From contig PDIP01000083.1 of NCBI GenBank assembly GCA_002811645.1, positions 96,937 through 160,936 on the forward strand: DNA of 64,000 nucleotides, read 5' to 3'. The notes under the pieces were generated by a model. The model did no database searches, was not told the origin of the DNA, and worked only from the letters and a program-made list of their open reading frames with translations. Source of the DNA: Corallochytrium limacisporum Hawaii. Its lineage: Eukaryota; Protista; Pluriformea. This document shows, one piece after another, positions 35,359-45,278 of the stretch (positions within the stretch are counted from its first letter, which is position 1; every line of letters begins with the position of its first letter). A program made the translations under genes and the position numbers.

Positions 35359-35706
35359 ATGTCACAGCAGGGTGCCACATTGCAAAACTACAACAATGAA
35401 CTCGTCCGATGCATTGAAGAACTCAAGGCTTCCCGCGACGCTGCACATCAGCAAATCCTAAAGGACGAGGAAACACTGCTCAAACTTCAGCAGGAGAAGC
35501 GGAGCATAGAGGAGCGCATCGCACGCCTACAGGACGGATTGAACCAGCGCGTGAATCGCCGGGAAGAGTACGACAAGACCATCGCAGAGACCGAAGGAGC
35601 CTACATTAAGATCCTGGAGAGTTCACAGACCCTGTTGCACCTTTTGAAGAAGGAGACATCGACACTTAACAAGGCTGCTACCGCGAAGGCCTTTGGCCAC
35701 CATTGA
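35359..35706 (+). CDS. SSNA1: SSNA1/NA14/DIP13 centriole and axoneme microtubule-binding coiled-coil protein, 115 aa
   Basis: MSQQGATLQNYNNELVRCIEEL...YDKTIAETEGAYIKILESSQTLL matches the family signature. Confidence 0.96.
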   Translation: MSQQGATLQNYNNELVRCIEELKASRDAAHQQILKDEETLLKLQQEKRSIEERIARLQDGLNQRVNRREEYDKTIAETEGAYIKILESSQTLLHLLKKETSTLNKAATAKAFGHH

Positions 35707-35882
35707 TTCGTCAACTGAATACAAAACTACTGAACGGTCCATGCAAAACCACCACAACATACACACGAAGGAGGCTCATCGATTCATTTGTAAAAACTAT
35801 AAAATTTTATGGGCTAGGCGTAAGGTGGGAATCGGGATGGCTTTGATGGCCTGTATATGCATTCCGCCCGGGTGAATATTCT

Positions 35883-38800
35883 CTACAATTTGATAGGTCT
35901 CTGCATGGTCATCATGCTAGTAAGGCCATTCTGTGTGAGCAGGGCGCTTCGAACCACATCAATGTTCATCTTGTAGCCACCGTCCTTCCGTTCTTCCGCC
36001 CTGGCAGACTCTGCCTCGTCCTGAGTGTACTGACTGCGCCGGCGCTGATCCCTTGCAATGTCGAGGCACATTTGGCCAAACTGCGTTACCTCGACAGTCA
36101 TTTCATCGCTGTTTGGTGAGTCCAAAACCATTGCGTAAAACACACGCCAGAGGACCATAAAGTCATCCTCGTTGAGTACGTACTGCCGACAGACCAGAAG
36201 GAGGTCGTCGTCGCTGGCATTCACGTCCATTGCCTTACGCAGGTCTCGTGACAGACCGCGCCAGAGAGCTTTTTGATGTTGGATATCGTCGGCAATGACG
36301 TCCTCATGCTGGGTGGCAATGTCACCGTCTCTTCCGTTGCCCGCGGTTGTGTCCGCAGTGATGGTGAGGCTTGACAGCACATTGGCAGCCAAACTACCGA
36401 GGAACAGCAAGGACAATCTGCGACAGAAAGATCCGCGGCTAAAGGTCTGCACCGTCTTGACTAAGGCAGCTAGGTCGACTAGGCCATTCTCATCCTCATC
36501 CACGACGCGGAAAAAGACGCGACAAAGAACAATGGCCGCTGACATCAGGTCGTCAGGCTTGCGACGGCGGGGGGACTGCAGGTCCTGCAGGTCGTCAGCA
36601 ACCGGGCGTTCCAGTCCTTCCACAACGAGCCGCAGTGTTCTGCGCTCCAACACCTGCGGCATACACACTCTTAACACCGCTCCAGTAAAGTTTTGTTGGT
36701 TCAGAAATTGTCCTTTACCGGCACGACTGTCCTCATTGCGCAGCCGGGCTTCCTGCCAGAGATCGTAGAGGTAGCCGAGTTCATCCTCGTTGAGGTCTTT
36801 GCCCAATTTTCCGACATTCTTCAAAGCAGTGCGGCGGTTCGTATCCTCCAGAGATTGCACAACGCGCACCTTCTCCTGGGCGCGCAGGTCGGCCAGCTGC
36901 ACTTCAGTGAGACTCTGATAGTCCTGAAGGGTGGACTGGATCACGGCAGTCAGGACTTGATCAGATTGCGTCGCATCATCGAGACAATGATTCAGGGCCA
37001 TCATGGCACCACCATCGTCCTCGAGGCTTTCCAAAGCCTTCTCCTTGGTCTTAAGGATGGCTAAGGAAAACTTGAACAGGAATGTCTTACCCTGGAGCAT
37101 GACCATGTCAACAATGCGGGCACCGCGACGATAGTCAAAGTGACTCAGGAACAGTGTTAGGAACCAACTCACGCCGATTACACTTAGTACGCCCAGGGAG
37201 TTCAGGGCTTTGTAGACCGCGGGCATTTCGCTCTCCATCAGGCGTTCAAGAACGCCATGGTCGACAAGAGCACCAGCCACCCTCGTAGAGTAGTACCCTT
37301 CTAGCAGGCGCTCGCAGATGAATGTGAGCAACCAGAAGCTGGATTCTTCATCACAGTAGACGAGCAGCACACTAGCTACAATATTCATGGCTTGACAGTA
37401 ACCAATGCGGGGATTGCGGATGGCGTATGCGACCAGGACGCGACGCAGAGCATCAATGCCACCGCCCCCAGCCTGGTAAGCCGGGTGCTCAGGAAGGGAT
37501 CGGTGCAGATCACGCTCGATTTCATCGAGTGTGGTCTCGAAGCGCTTCAAGTCCCGTTGGGTAATGGCCACGACCTCTCCCTTTAGATCCCCCAGTAAAG
37601 GCGTGACCATGTGGTTGTCGCTTGGTCCATCGTTCTGGGTTACTGCTACGGCCGACGTCTCAGAAATTGGGCTCTCGACTGCGTGGTCACCAATAATTTG
37701 CTTCGGCATGTCAATCTCACGGACGACCTTTTCGCGCATCGCAAGCTGCACCTCGATCACTTTACGTCGCAACAGTTCCCCGCGGCACACAAGGTCCATG
37801 TAATACGAATCAGGGTGCTGGTCACGATCGATACGAGCGCCACTCAGGTGGCTCCAAGCGCGCTGTCGAGCCTCGTTTGGGATCCCCTTACAGGCAACCA
37901 GATATGTAAGATCAGGGGTAATAATGCCAATGCCGCGATTCCACCAGTTGCGCGCCAAATGGCGCCACATGTCCATGTGCTCTTCAGCGTCCTTGGATGT
38001 GTTTCGGATGTCTTCCTCGCTTGTGTGCTCCAACCGATGAGCCGAGTGAGGGAAATGGCGGAAAAATGGTGCCACTCGGTCAGGTTCCAATCCGGCCACT
38101 GCATCGACTTGGTCGCTCAGAGATGAGTGCGTGCCGTCCAGAGTGGTCCGCATCACAACGCTTGGAGGGTCCAGAACTTCAACTGCGCTGGACCGCTGCG
38201 GGTTCTGCATCTCTCCTTGCGAGCTACGCAAGGAGCTAATGGATGCCCGCAGCGACTGTAGAGAGCCCTTTTTCTCTTCCTCGGTCATACGTTTGCCCGC
38301 TGTCTCCTTCTCTTCCAACTCCTTTAGGTGCTCCTCCTCAAGCTCCTGCTCGGCAGCCTCTTCTCGTGCCTGCAAGATGCGCAAAGCTTCTTGTCTCCGT
38401 TCTTCTTCCACCGGGTCTTGATCCAGAAGCTCCGCCATCTTCATCGTCCGGAGAGACTCGCCGATGAGTTTAATTTTGGCACCCCGGGTAGATCCCATAA
38501 CCAGGATCATAGCCTCGTGGTCAATGCCCGAATGGTCAGGTATCAATTTCTCAACTTCAGTGCCATTCAGTGGCTTGGGATTCATCAGCGGATCGTAATT
38601 GGCATCACTTGATTCCCGTGAGAGAGACAGGCCTTTGCTGAGCCGACGACGTCTAAGCAAAGGGATTGCATCCGCATCACCGCTGCCCTCAGGGGGATCC
38701 ACCTGGAGCTCGTGCACGCGATCCAGTGAGATCACCACCATGGCTGCGTCCTGGCTGCTGACTGAAAATCCCGAACTCGCCAGGTCAGAAAGGCTCGGTG

Positions 38801-40322
38801 CCTTTCTGCCTGTCGTCGCTGTTCCAAGCCGCGGACTAAGGCTTTGATGGCGAAACACACGACGGTGATGCTTTGTATCGAACGGGGCATTGGTTGAATG
38901 GAAACACAAGAAATGCGGGCCATGGTACATTGCACCATCGATCAGCATAACATCGTTACCCTGCAGCGGTTCCTCAATGATGAGCCGCACATTGTCGTAT
39001 ACAGCGAGCAGCGGGCTGCAGGCCTCTGGCAGTCTGAACAGATTACAAAAGGTCCTACTCACAGCACTGACCTGCAAGTGCGAGTATATATCCCGGTCCC
39101 GTAGGCCGGCGGCGATGCCTGCAGCAGTAGGCAGCGGTCCACCAACTGAGTCGTCGACGGTATTCAATAGTTGTTCCATCGCCCTACTGACCAGCGACTC
39201 CATCAATTTCAAAGTTTTTTTAGGGTGGATCACGCCGCCAAAGAAATACGTCCCTCCATTCCTGGTCTGTACCTCAATGGCATCATTGACCGCACTGATG
39301 GATCCCATACTCACAGTCGCACCTTCCTTGATCTTTACGACATCCGTCCACGGTACCAGATGCTTCACTTCGAAGCCCATGACACTCGAATGGAAGCACA
39401 TAAAATTCTCGCTGCAATACATCCATCCTTGTCGGGGAATACGGTTCCACCATAGATGGCAACTGTAGTAATTGATCAGGCGCTCGTTGGACGGCACGTC
39501 AAACAACTTTCGGAAGTTCCTTGTGCGTTTCTGAAAACGCAAGAGTTCCTCGCCTTCCTGTGCCTCCGCACTCTCAAACAAGTCTGTTTCTGGTCGCTGG
39601 AGCGTTCCATTGCTGCTGGTCGATCCCACGCTGCTACGGGTACTATCCTTGTGTACGCGATGTTGGCGTAGAAGCGCGCTGCTGCCCGCCAACCCGTCTG
39701 GTGCTCCGAGATCCATGCCAGTAGCAGCAGCCGCTGCAGCGGCTTCCTTTTCGCTGGCGTTGTTCTTCCGATTCTGGGCCTCGTCAGCCAAAGAGTCGAT
39801 CTTGTCAAGAGCGAACTTTCTTTGCTCCTTGAGTTCGTCCATCTGCATAATCTTGGGCGTCATGTTGGTCATCAGCCAATTCCAGTGCTGTTCAATGGCT
39901 TTCAGGCTGTCGCTCTTGGCCAACAGAAAGTACCGTTCACTGTCTTCCTGCTGGAGAAGAATGCGATACGTAGGCTCTACAGTGTCCAGGACATTGTCCA
40001 TGGTACTCACAACCGAATTCAGAAACTTTGCGCCGATGTTTCTGACCGATGTGAAAGTACCCCATTTCGGTGCCTTCGAGGCGGCCTCCTTTTCTTTATC
40101 GTGGTGCGTGCTCACTGTGGTTCCGTCGGAACGAACCCGGATCTCATCTACTTCCACCTGGGTGTTGCCTTTTTTCTTGCTGGCCTCAACGTCTTCATCA
40201 CCACGGCCCCTTCGCTTTTGCAGCAGGAAGAAATCCGATCCACGTAATGTGGAGTAAAGCGGAGTGAATAGAACTTCCTGCTCCTGGAAATTTCCCTTTT
40301 CATCGCGTTGACGGACCCACAT
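35883..40322 (-). CDS. GRAM plus TBC-domain RabGAP, TBC1D8/TBC1D9 family, 1479 aa
   Basis: N-terminus MWV..EVL..FFLLQKRRGRG; GRAM motif FRKLFDVPSNERLINYYSC..PRQGWMY; TBC Arg finger IERDLHRSLPEH and Gln finger GYCQAMN; EF-hand-like DEDENGLVD. Confidence 0.93.
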   Translation of the reverse strand: MWVRQRDEKGNFQEQEVLFTPLYSTLRGSDFFLLQKRRGRGDEDVEASKKKGNTQVEVDEIRVRSDGTTVSTHHDKEKEAASKAPKWGTFTSVRNIGAKFLNSVVSTMDNVLDTVEPTYRILLQQEDSERYFLLAKSDSLKAIEQHWNWLMTNMTPKIMQMDELKEQRKFALDKIDSLADEAQNRKNNASEKEAAAAAAATGMDLGAPDGLAGSSALLRQHRVHKDSTRSSVGSTSSNGTLQRPETDLFESAEAQEGEELLRFQKRTRNFRKLFDVPSNERLINYYSCHLWWNRIPRQGWMYCSENFMCFHSSVMGFEVKHLVPWTDVVKIKEGATVSMGSISAVNDAIEVQTRNGGTYFFGGVIHPKKTLKLMESLVSRAMEQLLNTVDDSVGGPLPTAAGIAAGLRDRDIYSHLQVSAVSRTFCNLFRLPEACSPLLAVYDNVRLIIEEPLQGNDVMLIDGAMYHGPHFLCFHSTNAPFDTKHHRRVFRHQSLSPRLGTATTGRKAPSLSDLASSGFSVSSQDAAMVVISLDRVHELQVDPPEGSGDADAIPLLRRRRLSKGLSLSRESSDANYDPLMNPKPLNGTEVEKLIPDHSGIDHEAMILVMGSTRGAKIKLIGESLRTMKMAELLDQDPVEEERRQEALRILQAREEAAEQELEEEHLKELEEKETAGKRMTEEEKKGSLQSLRASISSLRSSQGEMQNPQRSSAVEVLDPPSVVMRTTLDGTHSSLSDQVDAVAGLEPDRVAPFFRHFPHSAHRLEHTSEEDIRNTSKDAEEHMDMWRHLARNWWNRGIGIITPDLTYLVACKGIPNEARQRAWSHLSGARIDRDQHPDSYYMDLVCRGELLRRKVIEVQLAMREKVVREIDMPKQIIGDHAVESPISETSAVAVTQNDGPSDNHMVTPLLGDLKGEVVAITQRDLKRFETTLDEIERDLHRSLPEHPAYQAGGGGIDALRRVLVAYAIRNPRIGYCQAMNIVASVLLVYCDEESSFWLLTFICERLLEGYYSTRVAGALVDHGVLERLMESEMPAVYKALNSLGVLSVIGVSWFLTLFLSHFDYRRGARIVDMVMLQGKTFLFKFSLAILKTKEKALESLEDDGGAMMALNHCLDDATQSDQVLTAVIQSTLQDYQSLTEVQLADLRAQEKVRVVQSLEDTNRRTALKNVGKLGKDLNEDELGYLYDLWQEARLRNEDSRAGKGQFLNQQNFTGAVLRVCMPQVLERRTLRLVVEGLERPVADDLQDLQSPRRRKPDDLMSAAIVLCRVFFRVVDEDENGLVDLAALVKTVQTFSRGSFCRRLSLLFLGSLAANVLSSLTITADTTAGNGRDGDIATQHEDVIADDIQHQKALWRGLSRDLRKAMDVNASDDDLLLVCRQYVLNEDDFMVLWRVFYAMVLDSPNSDEMTVEVTQFGQMCLDIARDQRRRSQYTQDEAESARAEERKDGGYKMNIDVVRSALLTQNGLTSMMTMQRPIKL

Positions 40323-40429
40323 GTTTCAATCCCACAGGAATGTTTTGGTCAACTAAGACTAAACCGTTTTTTCTAACACTTAGCGTGTGCCCTATCGAGT
40401 ACACACACTCCGTTGTCTACAAAACCCAC

Positions 40430-40819
40430 TTACTGCCTCATCCACATCTTTTGAATGTGTTGCTTGGGGATAATAATCATGCCAATGCGACAAGCGTACG
40501 GGCTCTCTGGATCGTATGCTCCTTCGATCTTTCCTTGGTAGACTGGCGGCCACTCTGGGGGAGTCTGCGTCCTCCGAGAGTGATCAATCTTTGGAGGAGG
40601 AATATCAATGGCACCGCCGTCTGCGGGCTCCTGACCGATGCGGGTCGGCTCCCTGGCAAGCCAGGCCTCGGAAACGTCCTGCAAGACCAGGTTGCAATCC
40701 TTGTCTGTGCAAACAAAGGTGCCCTCAAACACACGTCCGTCAGTAATTTCGACAAATATCTGCTGGTTCAGAAGACTCTTCAGCCACTCCTTCTGCTGCT
40801 GTGCAGTTTCGCGTGACAT
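40430..40819 (-). CDS. NAA38: Sm-like NatC auxiliary subunit NAA38/LSMD1/Mak31, 129 aa
   Basis: LKSLLNQQIFVEITDGRVFEGTFVCTDKDCNLVL (Sm1 with the CTD.DCN signature) and RIGMIIIPKQHI (Sm2), with a long loop insertion between them. Confidence 0.85.
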   Translation of the reverse strand: MSRETAQQQKEWLKSLLNQQIFVEITDGRVFEGTFVCTDKDCNLVLQDVSEAWLAREPTRIGQEPADGGAIDIPPPKIDHSRRTQTPPEWPPVYQGKIEGAYDPESPYACRIGMIIIPKQHIQKMWMRQ

Positions 40820-42046
40820 GTCCGCAATGGTAGCTTAATGAGTGTACGCGAAAGCGAAAAACACTTATTATGTTCTTCTCTTTCTGTTATTTCCGCCGTG
40901 TTCGTAGAAAACGTTCGTCGCCTCCTTCTCTGACTCTCAGGACAGATCCCCTGAAGAGCCCTTCAGATAATTTAAAATACCATAAAACTAACGTCAATTA
41001 CGGTTCTGTCTATTGGAATACTAAGCAAAGAAACTGCTCTTCGTCCTTGTGCACCACCATCCGTCCATTTCGCTGGCTCAGCGATGAAACAGTGCAACCC
41101 CCCCCCCCGGGGGGGGCCTCCTCTCCTTGTCCGATTGCCTGCCACCAGCCCGCCCGAGATTCCCCCCCCACCCCGAGATCACCTGCCCAGGGAGAAAAGT
41201 GGAGAGGAGGGGGGTGGGGGGGAACTTCCCAATTCTTCCGTTGGCACTCACCACCACCACCACCGACCCATGAAAGACCACACCACCATGACCAGTGTGA
41301 TCTATCTCTCGCTCTCATCGGGGGGAGATTGTTGTTGCCAACTTTGCTGCGCAGTGGAGGGAACTCGCTCAGCGGGAGGTTTGTTGAAGCCAGGGTTGGT
41401 TCAGGGGCGTTGGTCGGTGGCTATGGGAAACTTCTCTCCACTCTGTTCCCGCAAATGGGAGCGAGTGCGCGCGTGTTGCGGGCTGTCCGGTTTTTCGGGT
41501 GACCACCGGGCGCAATTCCAAATAGAACTGGGCCACGGGCCGGGTCGGGACTTAGTGCCGTAGCCAATTCGGGCCCAGTCCCCCCATTGCGGGTGGTACC
41601 GAAAGAAAACAACACTTCGTGCTCGCCCTTTAGAACGATCGTCAAGCACCGACGTACCCTATGACTCTATATTAAATGTACTGCCCAAAGGACTTTGGTT
41701 CTGTCGACCACATCTGAGATTAAGGTTCGCGGTGGTACCTTTGCTTTCCGTCCTTCCTTGCGCTCCCAGTATTCTTTTCGTACAATTTTCTCGGGATGAT
41801 TTTACTTCAGTACGTTCGCTTTGAATCTCTGTGGTCCTTCAGCCCTTTGTTTCTCTGGAACAGAAGAACGGGGTTTTTGGGCGGGGTAAGAGCAAGGTAT
41901 ATTGGACTCCTAATTTTCACCGCCCTCCGGATGATGTTTAAGTGCCCATGGATGGGGGCGAAAAGGTCCAGACTGCATCCTCACTTCTTTGCAGGTGTGT
42001 GAGTTTGTCGTCGTGGGATTGTGATTTAGTTTCAAACTCGATCAAT

Positions 42047-42574
42047 TTACAGCCAGAGAGCAACCACAGCACCCGCAGATGCTGCGAGCATGCTGACAGT
42101 AACACCTGACGCAGAGTTCCCATCGCCATTCGCGCCGTCCGAATCACCAGAGTCGGGACTACCACTGTCAGGCTCTTCAGCCTCGGGGACAGAACTGTCA
42201 GGATCATCAGCCTCGGGAATAGAAATATCAGGATCATCACCAGTTACCTCTTCAGGAAGCACCGTTACCTGTACTAGCTGTCCAGCAGCGCAGTGGTTAC
42301 CGACATCACACGCAAAGAAGTGAACACCCGCAGAGAGTTCAAGCTCAACCCTCTTGCCAGAGTCGGCCGCCTGGACAGTGCGTATGGTGTCGGTGGCAAA
42401 ATTGCAAGACATCGAGCTCATTTCTAGCAGGGAATGGAAGCTACGCCAGAAAAACGTTATCTTTTCACCCTCCGTAATGACAATAGGATCGAAACCGGGA
42501 CCAGGAACCCAAAGGACCTCAACATTGGCACTGGCTGCAACAGCCAAGGCGACGATTGCAGTGAAGTACTTCAT
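42047..42574 (-). CDS. Secreted, probably GPI-anchored phytocyanin-like cupredoxin (stellacyanin-type ligand set)
   Basis: ATG at 42574 (track start is TTG); signal peptide MKYFTAIVALAVAASA; His in FHSLLEM; FFACDVGNHCAAGQ (Cys, His, axial Gln); acidic D/P/S stalk; NSA followed by a hydrophobic tail. Confidence 0.85.
   Translation of the reverse strand: MKYFTAIVALAVAASANVEVLWVPGPGFDPIVITEGEKITFFWRSFHSLLEMSSMSCNFATDTIRTVQAADSGKRVELELSAGVHFFACDVGNHCAAGQLVQVTVLPEEVTGDDPDISIPEADDPDSSVPEAEEPDSGSPDSGDSDGANGDGNSASGVTVSMLAASAGAVVALWL
42164..42239. repeat. 30-bp tandem repeat (~2.5 copies) encoding the cupredoxin stalk
   Basis: Encodes DDPDISIPEA / DDPDSSVPEA / EEPDS. Confidence 0.85.
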
Positions 42575-43762
42575 ATTCAAAATGTTTCATAAAATTTCCT
42601 CTGATTATGGTCCAGTAGCCGGCTGCGGAGGTTCAGTTTAAACTTTCGTTTAAATACCTCCTGTGCAAGATCAATTAGATCGCATACTGATGTGCCACAC
42701 GATCCAACTTAGTCGCTTGTGTTTCCAAACCTGGCTGTTTCATTGTCCTCTTGTATTTCCAAAACTAGTCAATGACAAACAGACGTTCTTCTTCTCTTAA
42801 TCTTGCCCCTGTCCGATCGGTATGGTGCCGAACGAACAGTCATGGATCGGAAAGAGACACCAACATTACTTATTACAATCCGCAACCCGCTCAAGCCCTA
42901 TTCCTTTCCCCCCCCCGGCCCTGCGCGACCCGTGCTCACCTCTCACCGCCACCACTGGAGCGGCCATGGGCGCCGCTGAACGTTTGGCGTACGGGTCGCT
43001 CCACTACCACCACTGCCCTTGTTCACTCAAGTTTGATATGACACATCTCGGAATGCTACCAGGACCTTGTTTGTACCGGATCTCAACCGGTCTCCCCCGT
43101 TGTTTCGGCCGGGCAGTGGAGACTGTGATACAAATATAGCGATGCCGGGAGATGAGTCAAACGAATGATGCGCCTAGAGATCTACCGGCCTTGTTGACGA
43201 AGGTAGGAAACAAAACACATGCCCACGCATATTAGAATATACGAACACTTTCATCATCCTGGAGACATCGCCACAAACCATGCTGTGGAAGGCAATCCCT
43301 GTTCTTGTGCTTTGTTCAGCAGGCCGTTTATCGGCTGACACAAACGTGGTACCGGAAGACCTTGCGGTGAGAGGGCCAAAAAAACGAAACCTTCTCTTTC
43401 TTGGAAGCTTCGAAGGGAGAGAGCACCAAAACAGGCGGGCCCGGTTTCCCGTTCTTTCTCCTTTTATGAGGAGACCACGAGCACGGTAGTGAATGTACTT
43501 CAGAAAATTTCTTCGTTCGAACGATTCCCAATTCAGGTCGTTAGACAGCCCGTTTCGGCAGCAGGGGAGCGGGGGAAGGGGGTGGAGGACACGCCTTTGG
43601 TGGCAGTGGCTGCCGCCCTAAGTCAAGGTCGTTTTGGTACACGCTAACTCTGCCTTGAACCCTGCTTTGAAGGACATTCTTCTTTAATTAGTGTTAGTGA
43701 TGTCAATGCTGATTCACAACGACTCTGATGATGATGATTGACCATGTAAAGGATGAATGTGC

Positions 43763-44749
43763 TCAAAAGTCAAGCAGCTCCTTCTTTGAAGTTTTCCGGG
43801 ACGCAGATGGGCAGAGGTGACTGACAGGACAGTCGTAACAAGCAGGTGCCTGCGCAGTGCAGATTCTGCGGCCGTGTCTGATGAGCAGTACGTGCATATC
43901 ATGCTTTTGATCGTCGTCCATTAGTTCGTTGAGAAGTTTGTAGGTGTGCTCGGGTGCGGGTCTGCTGCGCTTTGCCTCACGCCACCCCAGCCGACAGCTG
44001 ACGCGGTGCACGTGAGTGTCAACGGGAATATCAGCGCGATCCATAGTAAACATGAGTACGCAAGCTATTGTCTTAGGTCCCAGACCACGGTATTTACTGA
44101 GAATCTGTTTGACTTGCTCGGTTTCGATGTCCCGCAGATGTTCCAGCGAGTCTGTGCCGTGCTCTTTGTAGACTTGGCATAGCAAACCGAGGATCGAACG
44201 GGCCTTAGAATTGCTCAGTCCCCCGCAACGGATTGCCTCCTCTATCTTAGCTTCACCCGCGTTCCGTGCATCGGCCATAGTTGGGAACGCAGTCTTGAAG
44301 CTTTTCATGGCCCGTGTGGAGTTGATGTTGGAGGTGTTGGCACTGAGTATCACATCTATGCATGCGCCTAGAATTGTGTGCTTCCGTCCGCAGGCATTGT
44401 TAGCTTCTTGATCTGTCAGCCGTTGAGGCTTGCCGTGGAACTGCTCCAAAAGCCGGTGGACTTCTTTGATTGGTGCTACGCATTTGAAGAGAGTGCCATT
44501 CTCCCGCGCCTCTCGCTCGCCTTCGTTCAGATCATTGATGGTGATGATTCTTTCGTATGTTGGCCCTTCTTTCTTTACTTTCGGTGCTGATCGGCCATTC
44601 TTCTCAATTGGAGAATCACACTCTTCAAGTTTTATTGACGTTACTGCAGCGGAGCCATGACGTTTCTGTCTGTATATCGAACTCAAGACCCTGTGCTCCC
44701 TTGATCCGTGGGTAAGCTTACGCGTGGTCTGTCTTGTGGATACCATCAT
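43763..44749 (-). CDS. HhH-GPD DNA glycosylase/AP-lyase with [4Fe-4S] FCL motif (endonuclease III-like), 328 aa
   Basis: ILSANTS, AIRCGGLSNSKA, HhH GLGPKTIACVLMF (catalytic Lys), PVDTHVHRV (catalytic Asp), CTAQAPACYDCPVSHLC. Confidence 0.93.
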   Translation of the reverse strand: MMVSTRQTTRKLTHGSREHRVLSSIYRQKRHGSAAVTSIKLEECDSPIEKNGRSAPKVKKEGPTYERIITINDLNEGEREARENGTLFKCVAPIKEVHRLLEQFHGKPQRLTDQEANNACGRKHTILGACIDVILSANTSNINSTRAMKSFKTAFPTMADARNAGEAKIEEAIRCGGLSNSKARSILGLLCQVYKEHGTDSLEHLRDIETEQVKQILSKYRGLGPKTIACVLMFTMDRADIPVDTHVHRVSCRLGWREAKRSRPAPEHTYKLLNELMDDDQKHDMHVLLIRHGRRICTAQAPACYDCPVSHLCPSASRKTSKKELLDF

Positions 44750-45087
44750 TCAATAATTAGACTAATTCACAGAGAGGATGACGGCATCACCAACTGTTCA
44801 ACACCGTCTCTGACATCCTACACCCAGCGTTCCGGTCGGAAATAGTTAGTCACTGGTGATTTGCTCTTTTGACATTTCTTCTCAGTTGCCACCATCTGGG
44901 GCCATAACACAGACAGACAACGGGAGAGAGGGTAAGGTGGGTAAGTGAAAAAGGAGCAGGGGAGGACACGGTGATCCAAAAGTAGAGGGGGGCCAAGAGT
45001 TGACTTCCATGGTCTGTCGAGGGGCTGATGATAGTGAACTTCTCTACCAACGTACCAGCGTAACGGCTCAGAGATTGAGTTGAATTG

Positions 45088-45278
45088 AATATTTGTAATA
45101 TTGATACATTGGGGGGGGGGGGTTCAATCTGACAGAGGACGGGGGCTTCGAACATCAAAGATCTTTGTCTTTTGTTNNNNNNNNNNNNAATATTTGTAAT
45201 ATTGATACATTGGGGGGGGTGGGGGTTCAATTTGACAGAGGACGGGTGCTTCGAACATCAAAGATCTTTGTCTTTTGT
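45088..45278. other. ~90-bp direct duplication flanking a 12-N gap (unmerged contig overlap)
   Basis: 45088-45176 and 45189-45278 are near-identical, with differences mostly in or next to G-runs. Confidence 0.9.

Noticed and set aside
45088-45278. ~90 bp direct repeat as an LTR, target-site duplication or regulatory repeat
   Set aside because: The copies abut a 12-N gap and differ mostly around G-runs, which is typical of an unmerged contig overlap with read-end errors.
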